Assembly (NCBI GenBank): GCA_951406725.2
Contig: OX597820.1
Location: forward strand, 63,426,001 to 63,490,000
Direction: 5' to 3'
DNA: 64,000 nt
Source: Octopus vulgaris
Lineage: Eukaryota
A program made the translations under genes and the position numbers. Positions 12,662 through 25,614 of the stretch are shown piece after piece. A model generated the notes under the pieces. That model saw only the letters and a list, made by a program, of their open reading frames with translations, searched no databases and was not told the DNA's origin. Each line of letters starts with the position of its first letter. Position 1 is the first letter of the stretch.

Positions 12662-15602
12662 TTATACACATATACTTATGCATATACTCATATGCTCACA
12701 TGTACCGACACATATAAATGCATATAAACATATCTAGTTTCCTTACGTACACACAGCCATACACACATATATGCATACATGCATATATTCATGTACATAC
12801 AAACATGTGTGTGTGTTCACCAGGTATTAATATGTTGCTAAAGTATGCGTTAATGGGGTTATTAATGTATGGAAAATATATAAGTAGTAGTGAAACAGTT
12901 ATAAATGTTACCAAATGTTTATGTTCACATGTTAGTAAAAAGGTTTCTAAAGATGTGTAAAGGTGGTTGCTTAACAGATTTAATGGGTGCAATGATAATT
13001 TTAAAAATTTAGTTGTAATAGATGTATATATTAATACTAATGATTGTATAGTTAAGTAAGAGTTAGATAGTAGGTGAGTAATATTATTGGGATTAAAGTG
13101 TTAAAGTGATCATACAAATTTTTCAGTGAGAGCAATAACAAATCAGTTATTTAATGTAGAGAATACATATCTTTCGGCGTGAATACACGAAATATTTTTC
13201 TCATTTCTTAGGTGTATGTTTAGAGATAAGAGTGAAAAAAGCCTCAGTTATGCAAATATTGCATTTTTTGTTGTTGACGTTTTAAGCCGTGCAGAAGCAA
13301 TCACATCGCTTTTAATTTCAAATTCAATATTATTATGCTTTAATTCTCATATAAATTTACTTAATCAAGTGAAGTCGATTTTCTGTTTATTTTAAAAAGT
13401 TTGGAGATGATTGGCCCTGCGATTATTAACTTTATTTTCAGTCGAACCGATATAAAAGTAATTTCTTACCGTGTGCTATAATAGCGCATTGATAGACCAC
13501 ATTTTTTCTTTTACATTGATTTCTTAAATTTACAATCAGTTTTGTCTCTACAGTAACAATTTTCCAGAATGCTATTATGTGTATATCTTTTAGAAGAATT
13601 AGTATTACTAGGATTAGTATGGTTCCATCATTGGGAGCTATGTGTACGGTATTATTAGACCTAGTAGAATTTGGATGCTATAGTTTATGTTTAGTGTAAT
13701 TAGTAAAATTATTGTTATGGTTTTTTTCTATTTGTGCACAATTTATTTAATTTCTTGTTGTTAATTGTTGATTTAACTGTAAATATGTTAGGAATTAGGC
13801 TAAAACAAACTTGACAGTTTTGTGATTTATAATTTCATTATATCTATTATCGATGCTAAAATATTTATGAATGGCTTTAAATATACTTTTAACAATGTTA
13901 TTTGTAATTTTCATTGCGTATGGAGTAATTAACCATATTTTATTAGATTTATCATAGTGATTGTTGATTATAGGAGTTTAGTAATTCCTTTTAGATTTGC
14001 TAGAGTTTGTTAAATGAGTATTTGTTTTAATATTATTATTTAGAGCATTATATGGGATAGCGGGAGGGAATTAATTGGTTATTCATACCAATATGTTTAT
14101 TAATTATGCCTTTATTATTGTCGAGATCTTATAATTGTAAATTGATGGCTTCTTTTATTTATCTTAGGTTTGAGATAATTTTATGTTGGTTTTTCTAATA
14201 TTATATTTGCTATTATTAGGTTCTTTTGAAATAATTTAGGGTTTGTTATTATCAATTCCCCGTTTATATGAAGTTGGATAACTAGTTATATGCTTATTTT
14301 TACTTATATTATTAGTTATAGTGGGATTATAAAATTTTCCAATTTTTATTGTTTTCCTTGTTATACGTTATGTTGTATTTATTGATGTTGTTATTAGGTT
14401 GATGTTATGTTATTATATCCTTATACCCAACGTTTGTAAAAGCTGTGTTGTAGTAATCCGCATGTCTATTAAATATTTCCTCATTAGAAGATAAATAGTT
14501 TAGTCTCTTACCAATTCTGGAGGATAATACATTTCTAATTGATCTCAGATGGTTAGTTTGGAAGTTAATATAGTTTAAATTAGAATTAGATTTTCGGAAA
14601 GGTTCATGTAATCCGGTTGTTAAATTAAAGTTAACTTCTAAGAAATTAATTGAAGTATTATCTCACTCAATAGAGATAGAAAGACGATGCCTTCTGAAAA
14701 ACTTGTAAAATCTCTTCTTACGTAATTCTACTTTTCTATTGGATGCATTTTTTACGATGAAAAGTGCATTGTCTCTATACAATCCGCCGCCAATTACCGG
14801 ACATTCATCTTGCTGGTCGGACAGCAAATGGATTCCAACAAGGTCAGTCACTTGGGTGGCGTCTTCGGTGCCCATTGTGATATCAAATAATTAGGGGTGT
14901 CTTTCTTAGTGCAAAATATATTGTCAACATTGGGTATGGATTTATGGACCGTTCGGATGACATTAATTTTATTCACGCTAAGATTAGCATATTTCTTCGC
15001 GAAAAGAAGAGCACTGTTAGTACAATATGGTTGATAGAGGAATAAGAATTACCAGTGTCTATTTGTAAGAATTTAGGTTTGTCCTTGTTTGGAAATTTAG
15101 TGAACCAGCTAATCGCTTCTTGGGTGTTAGACCATAGTTCAAGAGATATTTTCTATATAAGTATAGGTATATATTTATCTAGAATTATTTTGCATAATCT
15201 ACCTTGGTCCGACTTAGCGGGCCATATTGATCTAACTATAGGGTTGGTTTGAAAGTTAACTTTATGGACTTTTACTGTTATTCCAGATCTGATAGGTATG
15301 AATGGTTCAGTTTTATCATCGATGCAATATTCTGAAATGATTTTTCATGCGTCTAAATTACATTGTTGTTTAATATTTTGTATTCTTTTTGTGATTTCAT
15401 TTCTTGGTAGGTCATGATACGTATCAATGTTAAGGTTATATATATTGTTAGCTTTATCTGAATGCACAATAATTCCATCCTTGGCTTTTATGTCACGTTG
15501 TAAATCAATAAGTTTTCTTTGGTGTGTACTTCATCTAGAAGGTGTTTGGTAAATTTAGTATTTTTAATGATGGTCCAAAGTTCTTGTTCACATGTAGTAT
15601 TA

Positions 15603-15745
15603 TCCTTACAGTTTCGGGCAGTTACACTTGAGACTGTTCGAATCTGGCTGCCCGCCAAAATCTAAGCTAAGAGCATTAAATTTTTGTGAGAAAACAAGGG
15701 AATGTGTACGACAACAAAGACAAACAACAAACAAATACAAACAAG
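15603..15745 (-). repeat. Diverged copy of the 24.4/25.2 kb repeat, nested inside the PLE
   Basis: GCTGCCCGCCAAAATCTAAGCTAAGAGCATTA... aligns by eye with the reverse complement of 24500-24650. Confidence 0.65.
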
Positions 15746-16817
15746 AAAATAACAACTGGTGTTTCTCGACTAATAAAGATGAATGAAGTTGCATTGAAGG
15801 AAAGCTTTGAGGCAGGAACAAAAGAGACAGGAATATCAGAGATGCATCCCGGCTGCTGAAGACACTTGTTGATGTTTGGGTTCTGAGTGGTGGCACAAAC
15901 ACAAGTGTAAAGAAACTTATTCAGTATATGGAAATTTACAATCTGTTCCTTTTCCAAGTATACTATAATAATATTCGGGCTTAGAAGAGAATATAGTTCC
16001 AACTACTACAAGGTCACTCTCTTCCATTGGTGAGTCAGCTGAATATTGCGATCCGACAGAAGAGAAATATACATGACGATATGTTTTGTTTTATGAACTT
16101 TTGTCCCTGGTGTCATTTTAATCAATATTCTCTCTCCTAATCACAAAGCTTGATGATAAGTATTCCTCCCATGACCATCATGAGGTATACTTTATGTAGA
16201 ATAAATGCATCTAGGCCTACTTAATCCATCCTATCTTTCCTATTTCGAAAGATTATCTACTGATGTTTAAACTAGACGGCCATAGCTATTGCTAAATCCT
16301 TTTGTGAAGTCTTATTCAGTAGTTCTGTTTGTTTTCTTCCGTCTGTATTCTTCACATCATGTGGAAGTGTATCTAGCCCTGTATTTTTCATTGTATGTCC
16401 TTAAATTTAGTAAGATAATAGATTTTAATTTGGGAACAATCTAAATCAAGTTTTTGGAAGTCGTTTGTTAAAGGTTACAGCTTTCTCGGCGGCGCCAAAC
16501 GATACTGACTGGAGGTTAGAAGAGTTAAAGCTGTGTTATGTTCATGCGTTATCAGACGTTTCTAATCAAAATATAGAGATGTGTAGCGTGAAATAATTAA
16601 TTTAATGACATAAGTTGATGATAGACACAGTTGAAAGGAGAATAAATATAGGGGGACATAGATGGCGAGAGGACGAGATTGAAATAGAGATAGATAGAGA
16701 AAAAGGAGACGATGTCTAATCTTAAAGGTGGAGAAAACTAAGCTTCGTGTATATATATCTCACTCTCTATTTATATCACATCGAAACTAAGTATGACTTA
16801 ATTTTTCCTCTCACACC

Positions 16818-16869
16818 GTCTCCGATGAAGGGATATTATTAATTAATATTCTAGAAACAGCTGTAAAAC
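16818..16869 (+). ncRNA. Degenerate hammerhead ribozyme in the inverted pLTR
   Basis: GTCT | CCGATGA | AGGGATATTA-TTAAT-TAATATTCTA | GAAA | CAGCTG | TA | AAAC. Has a U4C core change and one stem I mismatch; palindromic CAGCTG in stem III. Confidence 0.7.
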
Positions 16870-16935
16870 CTTCTATCTATAAATGCTCTAATATCTATAC
16901 AGTCTTGGTTTTTTTATCTCATTACGCAAAAATTC

Positions 16936-17023
<88 letters not shown>

Positions 17024-17024
17024 T

Positions 17025-17140
17025 GGCCTGCTCGCTTAGCCAGCGGGGTGGCGTCATTCGATCGAGGCTAAAAGAATGCGAATCGCATTGTGACCAGCGA
17101 TGAGTAGCACCATCTGATGGTCTGGTCGGTCACATGATCT

Positions 17141-17146
<6 letters not shown>
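17025..17146 (+). mobile_element. SINE 3' tail fragment between (TA)n tracts
   Basis: Matches the tail of the SINE at 55020-55268 (GGCGTCATT..AGGCTAAA..CGCATTGTGAC.AGCGATG..CACGTGAT). Confidence 0.65.
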
Positions 17147-17176
<30 letters not shown>

Positions 17177-17182
<6 letters not shown>

Positions 17183-17623
17183 ACAATTTAATAAATAAAA
17201 CATATGCATACATACATATATGTACATGCCAACATCTATATGTATATATACATGCATATGTGAGTACAGAACACCACAAATAAACGTAGAACACCGGATC
17301 GTGTTGTGCCCTTACTTTCGAAACACGCATTGAGCCGAAACAGGGGCAGCTGATGAAGGGGGATATTCCTTGTATTGTTTGTCTTGTACACGGTTTTTAC
17401 GTTGTTAGAAAAAGTCCGTTTCCTTGTTTGATTTTATGTTTTTGTTTCTCGTTGTGTTCTACGTTTATTTGTGGTGTCCTGTACTCATATATGCATGTAT
17501 ATACACATATATATGTAGGTATGTACATATATATGTATGTATGCATGCATATGTTTTATTTATTAAATTGTTATTATGTGGTTGAACGCCACGCGTCGTT
17601 TTTTATGCTCCAAGTAAGTTTTT

Positions 17624-17627
<4 letters not shown>
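17177..17627. mobile_element. Short fold-back element in (TA)n
   Basis: Inverted arms 17177-17294 and 17454-17577 (~120 bp). The spacer contains GAAA and CTGATGA but no clean HHR fold. Confidence 0.65.
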
Positions 17628-17689
<62 letters not shown>

Positions 17690-17741
17690 CACATTTATAT
17701 ATACATATAGATATATACATACACGCACACATTTAGTGGGA

Positions 17742-18380
17742 AACTGGAAAAGATACTTAGATGATTGCTTTATATTCTAGAACAGAATTAAGAAAGACCT
17801 TAAAATTTATTTTGAACTAATAAAGAGCGTCCATGTATCAATCCAATTTACTACGGAAATCAATGAAAGAGAACTCCCATTCTTAGGTTTCTTAATAATT
17901 AAAGAGAATGAGATTATAACTGACCTCTATTACAAACGCACAGACACACCAATTTTTAGAGTTTAGATCTTGCTATCCTTCCTATACAAAAAGTAACACA
18001 CACTTTAAGACGAATATGCACAGTAGTTTCGGAGACAAATAGAAGAGAAAAACGATTCGCAGAACGTAACTTGTTCCTTAAAAAGGTATCTCAACAAACT
18101 AATAGAACAAGTGATAACTGAAGCTAAATATATCCCAATCTCTACACTAAGAAGAATAAATAAGACTGGCGATAAACGGAAAAAATGAACATAAATATAT
18201 CCCAAGAACCCCAATATTCTACAAACAGCCTTATTCTACACCAGTCGCCATGTCTCTGACAAACAATCAAGGAACAACAAGTAATCAACAGCTGAAGGCA
18301 ACAACCAGACCTTAAGAAACTGATAAGATTCACATTAGGGGAAGAAATGATGCAACTTACCAAATGTGAATACTCCTGAT
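17742..18380 (+). pseudogene. Penelope-like RT C-terminal fragment (different lineage from the 12.5-16.9 kb element)
   Basis: Translation from 17742: NWKRYLDDCFIF*...SIQFTTEINERELPFLG...DLYYKRTDT, later RQQPDLKKL. These are typical PLE RT/thumb motifs. Confidence 0.8.
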
Positions 18381-19317
18381 GAGAGCATGTCAAAGATTGT
18401 TCCTGTCTCGAATTTATTACAATATAATTCTCGTGCCTTAAACTTCTTGTAAATCTAGAAAATTCTTCTAAACATAAGTCGCATATTTTAGTTCTAGGCC
18501 TGTAAGGTTTTTGAAATACAAATTAATTCCTAATTGACGGTATAGTCTTTGTTTCTGCCTTTAAGAGACCAGATTAATTTTCTAAGACTTGTTGGGATTC
18601 TAAAATGAATGATCAAGTTAAAACTAAATCTGAGAGAAATGTGTAAAATTATCTTTGCAGTTGTTCAAAACGGGAATCCTGTTATGTGAAAAATAAACGT
18701 AAGACGAAAACTGTAATATAAAAATGTAAAGTTACATCTGAGATGAATGAATACTTTTACATCGGTGCAACATCATGAATTTTCAAGAGGAGGATGCTAA
18801 ATCATTTGAGTTCATTTAGAGATAGAAATAAAAAAATTTCCAAAGAAGTCTTAGAAAATTAATCTGGTCTATTAAATAGAGAAACAAAGATTATATTATC
18901 AATTGGGAATTAATTGGTCCTGCAAAACAATAGACTTGGAAGTAGAAAATGTGACTAATATTTAGGAGAATTTTACCGGATTTTTACATCCAAAGGTAAT
19001 GTAATAAATTCAATACAGGAACAAAATTTGAGATATTTACAATGAAGAAATTCAAATTAGCCCAGTATAAATGAATAATAAAGTTTTCAATAAAAGTGTA
19101 GTTTGAAATAAGGGAAGATAAGTGATTACCCAATCAAAGCGTGAATTGGAGATTGCTTATGTCTAGGTTATCGGACAACTCTACACCATACAAGGCAGAG
19201 TTGGCAAACGAAAAACCGTAAACAGTTAAATCGAAGGATATTCAGTAAAGACCCTGAAGAAACTGCACTGGTATCTTAGTAGGGCTGCAACTGCAACGTT
19301 ACTAATCATCATAATCC

Positions 19318-19370
<53 letters not shown>

Positions 19371-19475
19371 GTTGTTGTTGTTGTTGTTGTTGGATTTATA
19401 TATTAACTGTTGAATAGCCTATTTTGAATACCTGAGTGCAAACCAGTAGACGTTTTTCGGTAACCTCTTACTATT

Positions 19476-19546
<71 letters not shown>

Positions 19547-20760
19547 CTATCTATATATATATATATACATACATATATATTTCGAGAGGAGATTTTTCCT
19601 CAAAGCGTTAAGACTGAGGAATGAAACTTTATAGAAAGTGGAAAGACACTAATCTTTGGGAAGCGAGTTCACAAAACGTGCGTAGCCTTTGCTTGTATAA
19701 ATGTGCAAGCCATTTCAGTTCTTAACGTTTTCAAGCAGGTGTTATTATATATATGGAAAGTTGTTTCAGTAAAATTATCGTTGACTATTTCCGGTTTAGT
19801 TTCGGACTCAGAAATCTTATCAAGTATTCTCCTTTGCCCTCCGGAGAATGTAGATCCCATCGTTTATTTTATGAAGATAGAAAATTTAATATTTAAATTC
19901 TCCTAAATATTAGTCACATTTTCTACTATTGTTCTGCAGGACCAATTAATTCCCAATTGATAATATAATCTTTGTTTCTCTATTTAATGGACCAGATTAA
20001 TTTTCTAAGATTTCTTTGGAATTTTTTTTTTATTTCTATCTCTAAATGAACTCAAATGTAAAAGTATTCATTCATCTCAGATGCAACTTTACATTTTTAT
20101 ATTACAGTTTTCGTCTTACATTTATTTTTCACATAACAGGATTCCCGTTTTGAACAACTGCAAAGATAATTTTACACATTTCTCTCAGATTTAGTTTTAA
20201 CTTGATCATTCATTTTAGAATCCCAACAAGTCTTAGAAAATTAATCTGGTCTCTTAAAGGCAGGAACAAAGACTATACCGTCAATTGGGAATTAATTTGT
20301 ATTTCAAAAACCTTGTATTTCAAAAACCTTACAGGCCTAGAACTAAAATATGCGACTTATGTTTAGAAGAATTTTCTAGATTTACAAGACGTTTAATGCA
20401 CGAGAATTATATTGTAATAAATTCTAGACAGGAACAATCTTTGACATGCTCTCACATGACGTAATTCACATTTGCCCAGTGTAAATTAATAATAAACGTT
20501 TAAACAACAAAATTGTTTCAAATCATGGACTATAAGCGATGACCCAGACGAAATTGAATTGGAGATATTTCGCCTCTATCTTAAGCGATAACTCTACATC
20601 ATACAGCGCAGAGTAGATAAATAAAAAAATTCAAACAGTTAAATCAAAGAATATTAAGTAGAGTAACTGCAGTAAGGTTGAAATTGAGGCTGTTACTAAC
20701 CGGTGCAATTGAAACATATATAGGTCTACGCAAAACTGTATATATATTAAAACAATTAAA
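18381..20760. mobile_element. Nested inverted array of four PLE 3' ends (GIY-YIG C-terminus and 3' UTR)
   Basis: Large inverted repeat 18381-18973 / 19895-20453. On plus, 20225-20470 encodes TSLRKLIWSLKGRNKDYTVNWELI..PYRPRTKICDLCLEE..INSRQE..C.H. A diverged second variant lies at 18845-19050. Confidence 0.8.
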
Positions 20761-20815
20761 GCTAATGCAATGCAACTTCGTAATAATGCTTATTAGTATT
20801 ATTATTGATATACAT

Positions 20816-20916
<101 letters not shown>

Positions 20917-20917
20917 C

Positions 20918-20997
<80 letters not shown>

Positions 20998-21134
20998 GTG
21001 TGTGTATGTGTGAGGATAATTTTCTAACTTCGTTAAACCCAATAGCAATTTTGTTAAACCAAAGAACAGGAATAAAAATAGAACTGCAGCTAGTAGTACT
21101 TAGGTGGCACCGAGACGAAAAGAGAAATACATTT

Positions 21135-21728
21135 AAAGATATAATGAATAAATGCTCCAATCAATCAAAACAACTTTGTATCATTCCCAAATTATGAAAA
21201 ATCAAATATAAATATATATTAAAAGAATAGGGCACCCAATGGTAAATACACACGTGTACACGAATAAAAGGTGATAGAACCTAAAATAGTAACATGAGTG
21301 AAGTCGAATGAAGGAAAATATATGGAACAAAATAATGCATAATAAACACGACTAAATAATTAAAGCAATGAAGCTAAAACAACATAAATATAAATATATA
21401 AAAATACAAGAATTAAAATAAAAAAATAAAAAATATATTTATATTCATGTTTTTTGGTATATATTAATACTTACATTATTTTAGCTCGTTTGCCTTAAAT
21501 TTTTAGTCGCCTTTATTTTGCATTAATTTATTCCATATATATTTCTTCATTGGACTTCCTTTTGGGGTCTATCAAATTTTTCATTTGTGTATATGTGTAT
21601 ATTTTATACTGTTGGGTTTTACCATTGGGTGCTCTATTCTTTTAATATATATTTATATTCGATTTTTCATAATTTGAGCAAAATATAATGTTCTGACCGA
21701 CTGGAACGTTTATTCATTACACCTTTCT
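21135..21728. repeat. Diverged ~275-bp inverted repeat (fold-back element) next to (TA)n
   Basis: CAAATTATGAAAAATCAAATATAAATATATATTAAAAGAATAGGGCACCCAATGGTAAA (21.19 kb) versus its reverse complement at 21618-21676. Arms are ~21135-21410 and ~21450-21728. Confidence 0.75.
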
Positions 21729-21747
21729 TTCAATTTATACATACATA

Positions 21748-21832
<85 letters not shown>

Positions 21833-21893
21833 GTACATACATATATACATATATATGTATATATAAATATATTTACACACACAAAAATAAATA

Positions 21894-21925
<32 letters not shown>

Positions 21926-24445
21926 AACACACACATATATATATATAAACACATATATATATATATAAATGTGTGTGTGTATAGTTATTTATAAAATAAA
22001 ACACGCTATTGAATCAACATACGAGGTGACCGAGTGTACCAGAGATACAAATATGTAACACTAAGTTAGAATGAGCGGATACATGCGTAAAAAGCTGGAC
22101 CTTTGACTGACACCGCTGCTGAGACGCTTCCACATGGACTATCTTTATGTTTCACCCACAAATCTAATGACATATTGCCACTCGCCTTGCAATATTGTCG
22201 AATCCTTGCTCTCATGACTGTGAAATTAATTTCTTAACAAGTCATCCATTACTGTGTCCATGTGTGTATGACAGTGCGTATGTGTGTGTATGCGTGTGTG
22301 TGTGTGTGTAAGAATGCATATAATAAATGTGATTTATTTATATAAAGCTAGCATAAGAATACACTATCTATTCTGCATGTAACTGTTCCTTTATTTTATG
22401 ATAGCAGTTTTACCATATAGCAAACAAGGACATTATTTCCTCACTGGTAAATCTATTATTAAACCAATTATCAAAGTAATTCACTTTTTATAGCCCTAAG
22501 CGCTATTATGACCCATTTCTGCCCAGTATAGAAGTTAAATACACTTTTATTGCATCGTATCTTATGATATATTCATGACATAAATTCATATATTGCAGTA
22601 TAAGCTTTCATTTTACTCATAGTATTAGATTCTTAATGCATGCTTACTGCTAATTTTATACAAACACCCAACGAAAACATTGAAGTAAAACTAACTGTCG
22701 CAATGAAATGCAAAATGCTTTGGGAATTTCGAGTCGATTTTCGCACTTAAATGTCACAAGTTTTCCAAACAATTTAAATCTAGAGATTGAGCTGATTAAT
22801 CGATGGCATTCAATTTTATTACATTCCTGCAATCTGATGCCAAAACTATAAAATAGAATGGAATATTATCCTGTACACATTGTTAAATTAATGGAATATT
22901 ATACTATACAAAGTGTTAATTTAATGGAATATTTTCATTATCAAATAGCTCAAAATGAGTTTCAAGTTTCTTGGCCTGAATCTGCTTGTTCATATTGACG
23001 ATGACTAGAACATGATACCAGTCCTTATACCTGAGAACACAAGCAAGAACATGACCGAATTTCCAGTTTAATTACTGTATTGAAGACCTTCATTAAAATG
23101 GATGTATATTCTGAAATAGACACAGTCTCATATATGTTAAATTTTCTTCATTCGGAAAAATGAACAATTCCGGAAATTTTCGGTCGTCGAAGTATTTAAT
23201 GAGCGCTGCAGTCAATTGCAAGAATTCAGAAATGATTTGAACAGATAAGTCTGTTAATACTACGTTTGAGTTCAAGTTGATGAAAACGACATTGTACAGT
23301 ACTGATAGATTTGGCGAAATTATGAGGCGCGTTCAGTTTGGATCAATCTAAACATCAGCCTTTATCCTGTCGTTTCGCAATGATATGATTTGTTGTTGGA
23401 TAACGATAAATCGTATCCATGCAAATGTCTATTTTTCGACTAATATTAGGCTTTGCCAGCGAGTTGCTTGATGTATACGTCTCGAAATGCATCAGGCATG
23501 AATTCAAGAAGAAGAGCAGCATTGAAATTCATTACTGATTAACCGGTAAGAAATCTATTACGTTTCTCAACTAGATAACTACAGCTAGTTTGGCCTGACA
23601 TGAGTTTATTTTTTTCTTTGTCATTATTTTCCCTCAAATACTAGTGAAAACATGCAAAAGAAAGATATGGATAAGATGAGTGTGTTGCTATAAGTCCATA
23701 TTTACAGAGTTGATATGAAGAAGTCAGCTTTACTAAATATAAGATGCATTTCACCGTATGTTCTAAGAAATGATACAGTATATAATACAGAAGTCTGAAA
23801 TATATTCTCTTGAATAATTTCCCTCATAATACACAAAACGGTAGACAAAAATTTACTCTCTACTTGATCATTTTCAAAATAGTAGCTATGAACAGTTAAA
23901 AGTAGTAAAATTAGTTTCAGATTTCAATAAACGTGTTTTTTATAGAACGCCTGCTTCTACAGTACGCGTACTCTTAATGTAGTTTTCAGGGAAAAATCAT
24001 CGTGAAATGCCAGCCATTTGAATTACAGGTACAACTAATTTTCGTCAGAGGAATGAAGATAAATAAGAATATTTCTATGGAATGATCCGTAAATGTACAA
24101 GTGATAACCTCTGTATAGCAATCTGACAATGGCTTGGTCTTCCGAATCTTGGAAGGCACTCTGAACGACATTGATGGCTAAGAATTATAAATTTGTACTG
24201 TTCATCAGCATGAAATAAATTCATGTAAAATCGTTTTTCTTTTTTTTTTGGAACTAAACATAAAAAAGCAAACATTAATATATAGATAGTGACAGCCGTT
24301 GTTAATCTGATGATGGAGGAATGTTGGATTGTTGATATGGGCGTTATTGTATGTACTGAATAGTTTCATAAGGCATCTATTTGATATACATACATGGCCA
24401 CAGCTTTCAGCTAAAACTAATTAAAAATACAAAAGAAAAATACAT

Positions 24446-25545
24446 CGTTATTGTTTTTACGTTTTTGTATTCTTATTGGTGTCACGTATTCTGTATTTTT
24501 GTTCGTGTACTTCGTTCGTTTTCCGTCCTCGTGTTGTATACATTCGAAGCTTTCTTCCAGGGGATCTAATGCGCTTGGCTTAGATTTCCCTTGGCGGGCT
24601 GCCCATATCGGAGCAATCTCAAGATTAATCAGCCGAAATTGCTAAGATGATCTGGTTCTTGACTGATGACTGAGGGCTTCGAATGTCCCGTCCTGTGGTT
24701 CTTGTGTCGTCTCTGTGGTGTTTCATGTTCTTGTCCATGTCTGTAATTATTTTTACTGTTTACCTATATAATCGGCGGCTACGTATCCACAATTGTCCTT
24801 ATACGATAAGTATATTTTTTCTCTAGCATTGATACGACTCTTAATCTGTCTCTTTCTCTCTCTCTCTCTCCTCCCTTATTCCCCTTCCTTTCTTTCCCTC
24901 TCCATCCGTCTCCCCCCCTTCTACGTTTCTCTATCTCTCTCACCTCCAGCCCCCTCGATCTGTCTCTTTCTTCTCCTCCCTCGTCCACCTTCTCTCTCTT
25001 TTCATCTGTCCCTTTCTCCTGTCTTTTGTTCTCACGTGACCGCTAGCCTCTGTTGAGCGCTCTTTTCGTTCCAGCAGTCGCCGAAGCAACACGTATTTGT
25101 TCGTCTCCCTGCGGCCATTAGGCACAACTTCATAAGCCAGCCCCATACTCAACTCGTCCTGTCGAAAGACCCTTGTCCTACGTCCTGGTTTTGTTTTGTT
25201 GTTTATTTTTTATTTTTTCCGTTATTGTTTTTACGTTTTTGTATTCTTATTGGTGTCACGTATTCTGTATTTTTGTTCGTGTACTTCGTTCGTTTTCCGT
25301 CCTCGTGTTGTATACATTCGAAGCTTTCTTCCAGGGGATCTAATGCGCTTGGCTTAGATTTCCCTTGGCGGGCTGCCCATATCGGAGCAATCTCAAGATT
25401 AATCAGCCGAAATTGCTAAGATGATCTGGTTCTTGACTGATGACTGAGGGCTTCGAATGTCCCGTCCTGTGGTTCTTGTGTCGTCTCTGTGGTGTTTCAT
25501 GTTCTTGTCCATGTCTGTAATTATTTTGACTGTTTACCTATATAT
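24446..25545 (+). mobile_element. Element with two near-identical ~320-bp direct repeats (pLTR-like), ending in (TA)n
   Basis: 24446-24768 is approximately equal to 25220-25542 (identical ORF-track translations). The spacer is pyrimidine-rich, and each copy ends ..GTTTACCTATATA. Confidence 0.7.
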
Positions 25546-25614
25546 ATATATATGCATTCATACATACATACATAAATACATACATACATATATGTATATA
25601 TGTCTAACACTCCA

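Larger units (their letters stand above)
12545..16938 (-). mobile_element. Decayed near-full-length Penelope-like element (Naiad-like RT plus C-terminal GIY-YIG) with inverted HHR-bearing pLTRs
   Basis: Minus-strand fragments: SDKANNIY; PTVRSIWPAKSDQGRLCKIILDK (~15.2 kb); MGTEDATQVTDLVG...GLYRDN (14663-14875); CYCRDKTDC..C...VVYQC and YFYIGSTEN..R..NH..TF...LSKFI*ELK (13.3-13.55 kb). Related terminal repeats lie at 12545-12661 (minus) and 16810-16935 (plus). Both ends abut (TA)n. Confidence 0.85.

Noticed and set aside
19420-19460. Minus-strand AGTA AGA GGTTACC GAAA AACG TC TACT
   Set aside because: Would need deletion of CTGA from the core; too speculative.
19614-19632. CTGAGGA AT GAAA
   Set aside because: No stem I or stem II pairing.
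23090-23555. Higher-complexity stretch ending in a donor-like CG/GTAAGA
   Set aside because: No convincing open frame or recognisable protein.
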